A DNA stretch of 64,000 nucleotides from an uncultured Chloroflexia bacterium (GTDB lineage: Bacteria; Chloroflexota; Anaerolineae; CG2-30-64-16), in contig CAVZDU010000001.1 in the NCBI GenBank assembly GCA_963774265.1, forward strand, positions 352,001 through 416,000, given 5' to 3'. Within the stretch, counting starts at the first letter, position 1, and each line of letters starts with the position of its first letter. Below the pieces are notes generated by a model. That model was not told where the DNA came from and searched no databases. It saw nothing but the letters and a program-made list of their open reading frames with translations. Made by a program: the position numbers and the translations under genes. This document shows, piece after piece, positions 27,956 through 38,260 of this stretch.

Positions 27956-27994
27956 CTGACCGTCTTGCACACGTGTGCAAGACGGTCAGAGTAT
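27951..27994. promoter_or_regulatory. Perfect 44-bp palindrome with LacI-type operator core TTGCACACGTGTGCAA
   Basis: ATACTCTGACCGTCTTGCACAC|GTGTGCAAGACGGTCAGAGTAT, with no spacer and no mismatch. Confidence 0.85.
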
Positions 27995-28055
27995 GGAGTA
28001 ACAAGGCCCGCATTTCCATCAGCCAGCCCGCTCGTTCGGAGGAGTCAGGAGTGTC

Positions 28056-29063
28056 GTGAAGACCTCCATCAAGGATATTGCCCGGGCTGCCGGCATCTCC
28101 CATTCAACGGTCTCCAGGGCGCTGAACGACAGCCCCCTGGTCAACACCGAAACGAAGGCGCGCGTCCGGCGCCTGGCGCAGGAGTTGGGCTACTCGCCCG
28201 ACGCGGCCGCGCGCAGCCTCGTCAGCGGCCGGACACGCACGGTCGGGGTGGTGGTCACAACCATCGCGGACCCGTTTGTCGCGGTTGTCATGGAGGGCAT
28301 CGAGCGCACGGCCTACGCATGCGGCTATTCCCTGATCCTCGCCGCGTCGCACAACGAACCGCAACGCGAGATCGCAGCAGTCGAGATGCTGCGATCCAAG
28401 CGTGTTGACTCAGTGATCGTGACATCGTCGCGCGTCGGCACGCTGCACCAGGAGCGGCTCGGTTCCGCGGGCGTGCCGGTGATCCTGCTCAACAGCCACA
28501 GCCAGCAAAAGATGCCCAATGCATACTCCGTGCGGGTCGATGACATACACGGCGGCCGACTGGCCACCGAGTATCTGCTCGGGCTTGGTCACCGGCGCAT
28601 CGCCCACGTGGCCGGCCTTGAAGGGCACAGCGATAGCAACGACCGACTCGACGGGTACCGGAGCGCTCTGGACGGGGCCGGCATCGCCTTTGATCCGGCG
28701 TATGTCGTAAGCGGGACCGGCCGGCTCGATGGCGGCCGCGAGGCGCTGCCGGCACTCCTGGAGCTGCGCGAACGGCCCAGTGCCGTCTTCTGCTACAACG
28801 ATATGACCGCAATCGGGCTGCTCTCTGCCGCGCGGGCTGCGGGGGTGGCTGTGCCGCGTGACCTGGCGGTGGTCGGATTTGATGACATCCCATGGGCCGC
28901 GCACGTCACGCCGGCCCTCACCACGGTCGCACAGCCGATGTTCGAGCTCGGCGAGCGCGCAATGAACATGGCTCTCGTGCTCATGAGTCACAAGGGAATC
29001 GCCCCCTGCGATGTGACGGATGTGATCCTGCAGGGACAGTTGATCGTGAGAGAATCCACTTAA
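28056..29063 (+). CDS. LacI-family transcriptional regulator
   Basis: TSIKDIARAAGISHSTVSRALN, GHRRIA, FCYND, VVGFDD, PALTTV. Confidence 0.95.
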   Translation: MKTSIKDIARAAGISHSTVSRALNDSPLVNTETKARVRRLAQELGYSPDAAARSLVSGRTRTVGVVVTTIADPFVAVVMEGIERTAYACGYSLILAASHNEPQREIAAVEMLRSKRVDSVIVTSSRVGTLHQERLGSAGVPVILLNSHSQQKMPNAYSVRVDDIHGGRLATEYLLGLGHRRIAHVAGLEGHSDSNDRLDGYRSALDGAGIAFDPAYVVSGTGRLDGGREALPALLELRERPSAVFCYNDMTAIGLLSAARAAGVAVPRDLAVVGFDDIPWAAHVTPALTTVAQPMFELGERAMNMALVLMSHKGIAPCDVTDVILQGQLIVREST

Positions 29064-29079
29064 TCATCAGGAGGCATGC

Positions 29080-30125
29080 ATGAACAAAATGAAAGCACTC
29101 GTTTTCCGGGGTGGCGGCAAGCTCGAGCTCACCGAAATCCCGATCCCGAAGGTCACGCAGCCCGACGATGTGTTGCTCAAGGTGAAGGCGGTCGGCATCT
29201 GCGGCACTGACGTCAAGATCCTCGAAGGCAAGCACCACTTCAAGCAGAACACGGTGCTGGGCCACGAGTTCTGCGGCGAGGTCGTCGAGGTCGGCTCGCA
29301 CGTGAAGTACATCAAGGTCGGGCGATCGCGTGGCGATTGACAACAACATCCGCTGCGGCTTCTGCTCCTTCTGCCGCATGGGCCTGAGCAGCCAGTGCGT
29401 CGAGATCAAGTTCAATGCGCTCGGCGTGATGCGCGATGGCGGCTACGCCGAGTACTGCGTCGTGCCGGAGAAGCAGTGCTTCGTGCTGCCGGACGAGATT
29501 GACGACGTGCTGGGCACGCAGGTCGAGACGCTGGCGACGGTGGTCAACGGCATGAACACGCTGCAAATGCTGCCCTACGATTACGTGATGATCCTCGGCT
29601 TCGGCCCGATCGGCTATCTCTTCGCCCAGTTCGCCAAGAACATCGCGGCCAAGGTCGCGGTGACCGAGATTGACCCGTTCCGCATCGGCGTGGCGAAGGA
29701 ATGCGGGCTGACGGTCTGGAATCCGAACGAGGTGGACGTAGTCGAGAAGATCACCGAGTTCACCTACGGCCGCAAAGCCGACATCGTGATCGAGGCGACC
29801 GGCAACGCGCTCGACCAGGCGCTCCAGTGCGTGACGCCGGGCGGCAAGGTGCTGCCCTTCGGCATGGATTCGAGCGTCCACATCGACGTGACGCCGAACG
29901 AGATCACCCGCTGGGCGACGAAAGTCCTGGGGCTGTACCTGGGCCAGAACACCATGGTGCCCTCGATCCGCGTCTTCCAGGAGAACCGGCTGAACATGAA
30001 GCCGTTCTTCACCAAGGTGATCCCGCTTGGAGGATGGCCCGGAAGCGTTTTGCGACCTGGGCCTGGACGCCGCGACCATGACCCATGGTCCCAAGAAGGC
30101 TATGAAGATCGTGATGAAAGCATAG
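29080..30125 (+). CDS. Zn-dependent (MDR) sugar/polyol dehydrogenase, frameshifted
   Basis: GICGTD, LGHEFCG, CGFCSFCRMG..C, GFGPIG. Frameshifts near 29325 and 30030; stop TAG at 30123-30125. Confidence 0.85.
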
Positions 30126-30233
30126 CTCCTCCTCACTCCCTCCCTCATCAGGGATGGATGGGGGAGGATGTGAGACGGCATGAAAAAATCAAGCGAGTGC
30201 GCAACGGAGCCGGACACAGACCTTCTGACTTTA

Positions 30234-30262
30234 TTGCAGGCGCTGCGGCGTTCTAATATAAT
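30234..30262 (+). promoter_or_regulatory. Internal promoter upstream of the second dehydrogenase
   Basis: TTGCAG, 17-bp spacer, TATAAT, followed by the operator-like GTGTGATCGTTTCAC. Confidence 0.5.
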
Positions 30263-30297
30263 GAGGGTGTGATCGTTTCACGTTGGCGAGGTGATCT

Positions 30298-31251
30298 TTG
30301 ACTGCATCACGCTACGCTGAACTGGTTGAACCAGGCAAGTTCGCCATCCGGGAAGAAAACCTGGTTCCCTCCGATGACCAACTCCTGATCCGCATCACCC
30401 ATTGCGGTATCTGCCAATACGATGGCGTCTATTACAAGGGCATCGTTGGCAAGACACCCATGAGCATCGGCCACGAACCGGTGGGGATCGTCGAAGAGGC
30501 GGGGCGGAACGTACGAGGATTCGTCCCTGGTGACCGGGTGACTGGCCTGTATGCTTACCTGCGCGCGTTTGCCACCTATGGCTTGGCCGAACCTCATCAG
30601 TTGATCAAAGTGCCCGACCACGTTCCCTCGGAACAGGCCATCGGCGAGCCGCTCAAGTGCATCGGCACGATTCTCCGTGCAGCCCCGCCCGAATTTGGCG
30701 ATCACGTCCTGGTGATGGGCAGCGGTTTTATGGGCTTGCTGGTGCTGGCGGGCCTGGTGGGTCGCGGGGTGGCCTCACTGATTGCGGCGGATGTTCGCGA
30801 AGATCGTCTGTCTTTGGCCAGAGAATTCGGCGCAACCCATACGATCAACGCGCGCGACCCTGATTTCCTGGCCAAGGTGCAGGAAATCACCCACGGACAC
30901 GGAACCGATGTCGTCGTTGAGGTGACCAGCAGCGCCGAAGCGGTGGAAATGGCGGCCAAAACCCTGCGTCGAACCCGCGGCCGGTACGTGCTGGCAGGCT
31001 GGCACGGCCAGCCCGGCACCTATACCCTGCGCAACTGGACTACCCGTGGCGCGATCATTCTGAGCGCCCATCCTTCGTTTTCAATGGATGAGTTTGAGGA
31101 TATGCGCCGGGCGATGGATGGGTTGGCCCGAGGCGTCTTCCCGATGAGCCGTCTCGTCACCCATCGCTTCCCCCTGGACGAGATTCAAACGGCCTTTGAG
31201 ATTGCGATGGCCGGGGCAGATGGCTACATCAAGGGCGTGATTATGCCCTAG
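30298..31251 (+). CDS. Zn-binding MDR dehydrogenase lacking the structural-Zn loop
   Basis: CGICQYD, IGHEPVG, GEPLKC, GSGFMG, THRFPLDEI. No four-Cys cluster. Confidence 0.8.
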   Translation: MTASRYAELVEPGKFAIREENLVPSDDQLLIRITHCGICQYDGVYYKGIVGKTPMSIGHEPVGIVEEAGRNVRGFVPGDRVTGLYAYLRAFATYGLAEPHQLIKVPDHVPSEQAIGEPLKCIGTILRAAPPEFGDHVLVMGSGFMGLLVLAGLVGRGVASLIAADVREDRLSLAREFGATHTINARDPDFLAKVQEITHGHGTDVVVEVTSSAEAVEMAAKTLRRTRGRYVLAGWHGQPGTYTLRNWTTRGAIILSAHPSFSMDEFEDMRRAMDGLARGVFPMSRLVTHRFPLDEIQTAFEIAMAGADGYIKGVIMP

Positions 31252-31279
31252 TCGATGTCACCAGAACAGGCAAAACTTC

Positions 31280-32245
31280 ATGTCAAACCTGGCCGTCGGC
31301 ATAGATATTGGTGGTACCAAAATAGCCGCTGGCGTGATTGACTCGTCGGCTCGGGTCGTGGCCCGGTATATCTCCAAAACCCATGCCGGGCAGCCTCCTG
31401 ACGATGTTATCGCGGCCACTGTGGAAGCTTTTCACGCCGTTCTTGCTCAGGCTGGCTTACAGCGAGGCCAGGTAGCCGGCTTGGGTGTAGGTTTCGGGGG
31501 GCACGTTCACGGGGCAGCCGGCCTTATCTTGACCAGCAGCAATTTGCCGGCCTGGGACAATTACCCTCTGCGCGACCACTTGCAGACCCGTCTCGGCGTG
31601 CCGGTTATCCTGGAGAATGACTCGAACTGCGCTGCCTGGGGTGAGTACCTCTTCGGAGCCGGGCAGGGATCACGCTACTTGTGCTATGTGACCTTTAGCA
31701 CCGGATACGGCCTGGGAGTGGTCATTGATGGTAAGTTGTATGTCGGCGCCACGGGCACTACCGGCGAGTTGGCTCACATCGTCGTCCACCCTGACGGCCC
31801 GTTGTGCACTTGCGGCAAGCGTGGATGCCTGATCTGCTATACGGCGGGGTTAGGTATTTCCCGGCTCGTGCGTGAGCGGCTCGACCGGGGTGAACAGACG
31901 CTGCTGCGCGAGTTGTGTGGTCCGACACCTGCTCGGGTGGCCGGGGAAATCGTCGTTCAAGCTGCCGAACGAGGCGACCAGATGGCCCAGGATGTCCTGG
32001 CCATCGCCGCGCGCTACTTTGGTATCGGCCTGTCCAGCGTGGTCCAAATGTTCAACCCTGACCGGATTGTTATCGGTGGAGGGTTGGCGCATGTCAAGCA
32101 CTGGTTAGTTGAACCGGGCTTGGTTGCGCTGCGGGAAAATGTTCATCCCGTGTTGCACAACTCAGCCGAGATCGTCTTCTCCCAACTATGGGAGGACGCG
32201 GGCATAATCGGCGCGGCGTCCCTGGTGTGGGAAGTTAAGGTATGA
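31280..32245 (+). CDS. ROK-family sugar kinase
   Basis: GIDIGGTK, ENDSNCAA..E, STGYG, GELAH, CTCGKRGC, IGGG. No N-terminal HTH. Confidence 0.9.
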   Translation: MSNLAVGIDIGGTKIAAGVIDSSARVVARYISKTHAGQPPDDVIAATVEAFHAVLAQAGLQRGQVAGLGVGFGGHVHGAAGLILTSSNLPAWDNYPLRDHLQTRLGVPVILENDSNCAAWGEYLFGAGQGSRYLCYVTFSTGYGLGVVIDGKLYVGATGTTGELAHIVVHPDGPLCTCGKRGCLICYTAGLGISRLVRERLDRGEQTLLRELCGPTPARVAGEIVVQAAERGDQMAQDVLAIAARYFGIGLSSVVQMFNPDRIVIGGGLAHVKHWLVEPGLVALRENVHPVLHNSAEIVFSQLWEDAGIIGAASLVWEVKV

Positions 32246-32321
32246 GGCGCACGCCTTTACAGGCGTACGCACCTTTGCAGGGGAGAGTCAACCGTCACGT
32301 CAGCGGAGCAAAGGAGCTGTC

Positions 32322-33107
32322 ATGAGTGAGGCAACACCCGTTATCGAGGCGCGCGGCATCTGTAAGTATTTCGGGGCCATCACCGCGTTGGAGGATGTCA
32401 ACCTCCGGCTCATGAAGGGCGAAGTGCTGGGGGTCGTCGGCGATAACGGCGCCGGCAAAAGCACGTTGATGAAAGTGCTGGCGGGCATGTATCCACCCAA
32501 CAAAGGCGAACTGCTGGTTCAGGGAGAGTCGCTGCACTTCCGCAGTCCCCGCGATGCGCGCGACCGCGGCATTGAGATGGTATATCAGGATCTCGCACTG
32601 GCAGGCAACATGCGGATTCACGAGAACATCTTCCTGGGCCGCGAACACACCCGCAATGTACTCGGGTTCATTCCCCTGGTCAATCACAAATTGAATGCGG
32701 TGGCCGCGCAAGAACACCTGGATCGGCTCAAAATTCAGGTCAAGAGCGTGAACCAGCGAGTGGAGGAGCTATCGGGCGGACAGCGCCAGGCCGTCGCCAT
32801 CGCGCGCGCCACCGCGTTCGACGCACATGTAGTCATCATGGACGAGCCGACGGCGGCGTTGGCCATCAAAGAGGTCAGCAAAGTGCTCGACCTGATCAAG
32901 GACCTAAGGGATAACGGCATCGGCGTTATCCTGATCAGCCATCGTTTGGACGACATTTTCTATGTCTGCGACCGGATCATGGTGCTGTTCCATGGGCACA
33001 ACTTCGCCGAAGCACCTCTGAGTAAGACCGACCGCAATGAAGTTATCGGCTGGATCATGGGCAACAAGCGCAAGGATAACGGACCCGCAAGCACCGACCT
33101 GCATTGA
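32322..33107 (+). CDS. Sugar ABC ATPase (single NBD)
   Basis: GDNGAGKST, VYQDLAL, LSGGQRQ, MDEPTAAL, ISH. Confidence 0.9.
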   Translation: MSEATPVIEARGICKYFGAITALEDVNLRLMKGEVLGVVGDNGAGKSTLMKVLAGMYPPNKGELLVQGESLHFRSPRDARDRGIEMVYQDLALAGNMRIHENIFLGREHTRNVLGFIPLVNHKLNAVAAQEHLDRLKIQVKSVNQRVEELSGGQRQAVAIARATAFDAHVVIMDEPTAALAIKEVSKVLDLIKDLRDNGIGVILISHRLDDIFYVCDRIMVLFHGHNFAEAPLSKTDRNEVIGWIMGNKRKDNGPASTDLH

Positions 33108-33141
33108 TGCACGCGCATTCCAAAGGATAGAGGGCAATCCC

Positions 33142-34158
33142 ATGACAGACTCACCTATCTCGCAATCGGAAACCGCCCGCCAAGAAAGCTTGCGCATCAA
33201 ATTAATACCCTTCATTGATCGCTACGGCGTGCTGCTGCTCGTAATGGCGATGGGAGCGGTGTCCTACCTGCTTGAACCCGAAGTGTTCCTGACGTGGGGC
33301 AATATCAGCAACATTTTCCGCCAGATTGCATTCAACGCCATGCTTGCGCTTGGCGAGTTTCTTGTGATCCTGACGGCAGGCATTGACCTGTCCGTCGGCT
33401 CAGTGCTGGCGCTAGCGATGATGTCCACCGCCGTATTGGGGCGAGATGGTTATCCGACACCGGTCCTGCTCGTGACACCCCTTCTCGTCGGCATGGCCTG
33501 CGGAATCGTCAACGGGCTGGGCCTGACCAAGCTCAGGCTGCCCCACCCGTTCATCATGACGCTGGGCATGCTCAACATTGCCCGCGGCGTGACGAATCTG
33601 ATTTCGGGCGGCGTGCCGATCAGCGGCCTGTCTGAGCCGGTGCGCTGGATGGGCGCGAGCAATATCACCATCGCGAACGTGGAAATTCCAGTGAGTCTGC
33701 TGGTGATCGTGGTGGCTTATGCGCTGGTTGGAGTCTTTTTGCATTACACGCGCACAGGCCGGCATATCTATGCTATCGGCGGCAATCCGCAGGCCGCGCG
33801 CGTGAGCGGCATTAACGTGGATCGCACGTTGGTGCTGGTGTACGGCCTGTGCGGTATGCTGGCCGGTTTCTCCGGTCTGTTGTTGGCCGGGCGCACCGGC
33901 TCGGGTTTTCCCAACGCGGGCCTGGGCCAGGAACTGGACGCGATCTCGGCCGTCATCATCGGCGGCGCGAGCTTTTTTGGGGGGCGCGGCTCAGTGTTGG
34001 GCGTGTTTGCAGGCGCGCTGATCATCGGCCTGCTACGTAACATCTTGAACTTGCAGAATGTGCAGGTCTTCTGGCAGCAGGTGTTCATCGGCGTGGTGAT
34101 CATCGGCGTGGTGTATTTTGACGTGCTGCGCCGCCGCGCCGGTTCGACGAACGCCTAG
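33142..34158 (+). CDS. Sugar ABC permease (RbsC type)
   Basis: ILTAGIDLSVGS, PFIMTLG, GRHIYAIGGNPQAARVSGI, ELDAISAVIIGG. Confidence 0.92.
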   Translation: MTDSPISQSETARQESLRIKLIPFIDRYGVLLLVMAMGAVSYLLEPEVFLTWGNISNIFRQIAFNAMLALGEFLVILTAGIDLSVGSVLALAMMSTAVLGRDGYPTPVLLVTPLLVGMACGIVNGLGLTKLRLPHPFIMTLGMLNIARGVTNLISGGVPISGLSEPVRWMGASNITIANVEIPVSLLVIVVAYALVGVFLHYTRTGRHIYAIGGNPQAARVSGINVDRTLVLVYGLCGMLAGFSGLLLAGRTGSGFPNAGLGQELDAISAVIIGGASFFGGRGSVLGVFAGALIIGLLRNILNLQNVQVFWQQVFIGVVIIGVVYFDVLRRRAGSTNA

Positions 34159-34338
34159 AGCACCGGTCAAGGTGTCCCGGAACGATTGTGACCCGGCCCG
34201 TTCAATCGGTGACGCAATGACAGGAGGTGATGTATGTAGGAGGAGATGCGGTGCCCGCATCCAGCAAGTTGCTCGACTCTCGGAGCTGCACTGGCAGCCC
34301 ATATCTGAATCAGGTCACTCACCTAACAAGGAGGAACT

Positions 34339-37114
34339 ATGAAGGTCTTTAGGCTCGTAAGCCTGTTGATCGTCGCGGCCATCGTCCTGACGTCGTGCGC
34401 CACCCCCACAGCTGCACCGCAACCCACCTCCGCCTCTGCGCCGGCGGCAGCTCAACCGACTACGGCACCGGCTGCGCCAGCAGCAAAGCAGCCCCAGGAC
34501 ATCAAGATCCTGGTGAACATGAAGGGACCTGGCGGCGGCAACCCGTTCTGGGCCGCCGTGGAACAGGGCGCGATCGACGCCGGCAAGGCGCTCGGCGTGC
34601 AGGTGACTGTGATGGCGCCGCCGGCCGAGTCCGACGTGCCCGCGCAGATTGCCCAGATCGAAGACGCACTGACCAAGGGTGTGGACGGCATCGCGCTCGC
34701 ACCGACCGATCCGGCCGCGCTCGCACCGGTCGTGCAGAAGGCACTGGACAAAGGTGTCAAGGTGGTGTTCATTGACACCAAGGGCCAGAACGAAGGCGTC
34801 ACCTTCATCGGCACCAACAACGAAGCCGGCGCCAAGCTGGCCGGCGATTACATGTGCAAGAACCTCAAGTCGGGCGACAAGGTCGCCATCTTGCAGGGCC
34901 TCATCACGCAAAGCACCGGCAAAGCACGCGCCGATGGCTCCAAAGCCGGCCTCTCGGCCTGCGGTCTCAACATCGTCGCTGAAACCCCAGCTGAATGGGA
35001 CACGGCCAAGGCCCAGGCTGCCATGGAAGACATCCTGACCAAGAACCCCGACCTCAAGGGGGTCTTCGGCAGCAACGACAACATGGCGCTCGGTGCCGTC
35101 GAAGCCATCAAGAACGCTAAGCTCACCGGCAAAGTCATGGTGGTCGGCTTCGACGCCAACCCGAACGCGGCGGCGGCGGTGTTGGCGGGCCAGATGAACG
35201 CGACGGTGGCCCAAGCGCCGTCAAACATGGGCAAGTTCGGCGTCGAGAATCTGCTCAAGCTGATCCAGGGTGAGACGATCCCCGGCAACATCGATACCGG
35301 CACGGAACTCGTCACCATCGACAACGCGGCCAAGTATGCACCCGCCGGAGCAGCGCCGGCAGCGGCAACGAAGGATCTCAAGGACATCAAGATCCTGGTG
35401 AACATGAAGGGACCTGGCGGCGGCAACCCATTCTGGGCCGCCGTGGAGCAGGGTGCGAAGGACGCCGGCAAGGCGCTCGGCGTGCAGGTGACTGTGATGG
35501 CGCCGCCGGCCGAGTCCGACGTGCCCGCGCAGATTGCCCAGATCGAAGACGCACTGACCAAGGGTGTGGACGGCATCGCGCTCGCACCGACCGATCCGGC
35601 CGCGCTCGCACCGGTCGTGCAAAAGGCGCTGGACGAGGGTGTCAAGGTGGTGTTTGTTGACACCAAGGGCCAGAACGAAGGCGTCACCTTCATCGGCACC
35701 AACAACGAAGCCGGCGCCAAGCTGGCCGGCGATTACATGTGCAAGAACCTCAAGTCGGGCGATAAGGTCGCCATCTTGCAGGGCCTCATCACGCAAAGCA
35801 CCGGCAAAGCGCGCGCCGATGGCTCCAAAGCCGGCCTCTCGGCCTGCGGTCTCAACATCGTCGCTGAAACCCCAGCTGAATGGGACACGGCCAAGGCCCA
35901 GGCTGCCATGGAAGACATCCTGACCAAGAACCCCGACCTCAAGGGGGTCTTCGGCAGCAACGACAACATGGCGCTCGGTGCCGTCGAAGCCATCAAAAAC
36001 GCCAAGCTCACCGGCAAGATCATGGTGGTCGGCTTCGACGCCAACCCGAATGCGGCGACGGCGGTGCTGGCGGGCCAGATGAACGCGACGGTGGCCCAAG
36101 CGCCGTCAAACATGGGCAAGTTCGGCGTCGAGAATCTGCTCAAGCTGATCCAGGGTGAGACGATCCCCGGCAACATCGATACCGGCACGGAACTCGTCAC
36201 CATCGACAACGCGGCCAAGTATGCACCCGCCGGAGCAGCGCCGGCAGCGGCAACGAAGGCAGCTCAAGGACATCAAGATCCTGGTGAACATGAAGGGACC
36301 TGGCGGCGGCAACCCGTTCTGGGCCGCCGTGGAGCAGGGTGCGAAGGACGCCGGCAAGGCGCTCGGCGTGCAGGTGACTGTGATGGCGCCGCCGGCCGAG
36401 TCCGACGTGCCCGCGCAGATCGCCCAGATCGAAGACGCACTGACCAAGGGTGTGGACGGCATCGCGCTCGCACCGACCGATCCGGCCGCGCTCGCACCGG
36501 TCGTGCAAAAGGCGCTGGACAAGGGTGTCAAGGTGGTGTTTGTTGACACCAAGGGCCAGAACGAAGGCGTCACCTTCATCGGCACCAACAACGAAGCCGG
36601 CGCCAAGCTGGCCGGCGATTACATGTGCAAGAACCTCAAGTCGGGCGACAAGGTCGCCATCTTGCAGGGCCTCATCACGCAAAGCACCGGCAAAGCGCGC
36701 GCCGATGGCTCCAAAGCCGGCCTCTCGGCCTGCGGCCTCAACATCGTCGCTGAAACCCCAGCTGAATGGGACACGGCCAAGGCCCAGGCTGCCATGGAAG
36801 ACATCCTGACCAAGAACCCCGACCTCAAGGGGGTCTTCGCCAGCAACGACAACATGGCGCTCGGTGCAGTCGAAGCCATCAAGAACGCCAAGCTCACCGG
36901 CAAGATCATGGTGGTCGGCTTCGACGCCAACCCGAACGCGGCGGCGGCGGTGCTGGCGGGCCAGATGAACGCGACGGTGGCCCAAGCGCCGTCAAACATG
37001 GGCAAGTTCGGCGTCGAGAATCTGCTCAAGCTGATCCAGGGCGAGACCATCCCCGGCAACATCGACACCGGCACAGAACTCGTCACCATCGACAACGCGG
37101 CCAAGTACAAGTAA
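34339..37114 (+). CDS. RbsB-type sugar-binding lipoprotein with three tandem near-identical binding domains (1-bp indel near 36260)
   Basis: Lipobox LTSC. The domain KILVNMKGPGGGNPFW..DTGTELVTIDNAAKY occurs three times, joined by APAGAAPAAATK. Single stop at 37112-37114. Confidence 0.85.
34498..37110 (+). repeat. Three tandem ~885-bp direct repeats
   Basis: GACATCAAGATCCTGGTGAAC starts at 34498, 35383 and 36269. Copies differ by scattered substitutions. Confidence 0.95.
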
Positions 37115-37124
37115 TCGGCATCCG

Positions 37125-37171
37125 GGTTCCCAGGTCGCAAAGTGCGTGCCAGCCTTTGCGGCCTGGGAACC
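37125..37171 (+). terminator. Stem-loop 3' of the binding-protein gene (terminator or mRNA stabiliser)
   Basis: GGTTCCCAGGTCGCAAAG..CTTTGCGGCCTGGGAACC. No U-tract. Confidence 0.6.
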
Positions 37172-37186
37172 GCAATCGAGGCAAAC

Positions 37187-38201
37187 ATGACAGACAGAGT
37201 CAACATCGCCGTCATCGGGACGGGGCGTATGGGCAGCGTCCACACGCGCAACCTGGTGCGCAAAATCCCCGAAGCTAACGTCGCCGCGGTGTGCGACATC
37301 CGACTGGATGTCGCACAGACCCTCGCCGACGAGCTCGGCATCCAACGGGTCGTGGCAGACTATCACGAGTTGCTGGCCGATCCAGATATACCGGCCGTTC
37401 TCATCGCGACGCCGACAGATACCCATACCATGATCATCGAAGACGCGGCTCGAGCGGGCAAGCACATTTTTTCCGAGAAAGCCGCTCTCGCTCGATCTGG
37501 CCAGCATTGACGCGGCGCTGGACGTGGTGGAGCAGGCCGGGGTCAAGTTGCAGGTAGGCTTTAACCGGCGTTTCGATCAGAGCTTCAGGCGCCTCCGAGA
37601 AGTCGTGGCCTCGGGCCAGATTGGCCGGCCCTGCATCTTGCGCATCACCGACCGCGACCCGGAGCCGCCTCCGATTTCCTACATCAAGAACGCCGGCTGT
37701 ATCTTTCTCGACCTGACCATCCACGATTTTGACATGGTGCGTTACCAGATGGGGGATGTGGAAGAAGTCTATGCAACCGGCAATGTCCTGATCAACCCGG
37801 AGATCGGTGAAGTGGACGATATCGATACCGCCGTGGTCACGTTGCGCTTCGCCAACGGCGCGCTCGGTTTGATTGATAACAGCCGCCAGGCCGTGTATGG
37901 CTACGATCAGCGCCTCGAAGTGCTGGGGACAACCGGCGCGGTTATGGCGAATAATCAGACGATAGACACAGTTTCGCAAGCCGACGTTAATGGTTTTCAC
38001 TCATCCGTGCTGCCCCACTTCTTCATGAACCGGTATGCGGAAGCGTATGTGACCGAAGTGCGGGAGTTTATCGAATGTGTTCGGGACGACAAGACGCCAT
38101 CGGTCACCGGGCGTGACGGACGACTCGCGGTGGTGCTTGCCCATGCCGCTATCAGGGCATGGAAAGAAAATCGTCCGGTCAGGTTGAGTGAGATCGGATA
38201 G
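37187..38201 (+). CDS. iolG: myo-Inositol 2-dehydrogenase (Gfo/Idh/MocA), frameshift near 37480
   Basis: IGTGRMG, ATPTDTH, SEK(P), QVGFNRRFD, RDPEPPP, FLDLTIHDFD, NSRQAVYGYDQRLEV. Confidence 0.88.
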
Positions 38202-38260
38202 GACGGCTCTCCTTTGGACGCCCAGCCCGTCCCTAATCTGCAACCATCAGGAGCTACTTC

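Noticed and set aside
34498-37110. Triple repeat as a diversity-generating retroelement, CRISPR or mobile element
   Set aside because: No reverse transcriptase, cas or transposase is present, differences are not adenine-specific, and each unit is a whole protein domain.
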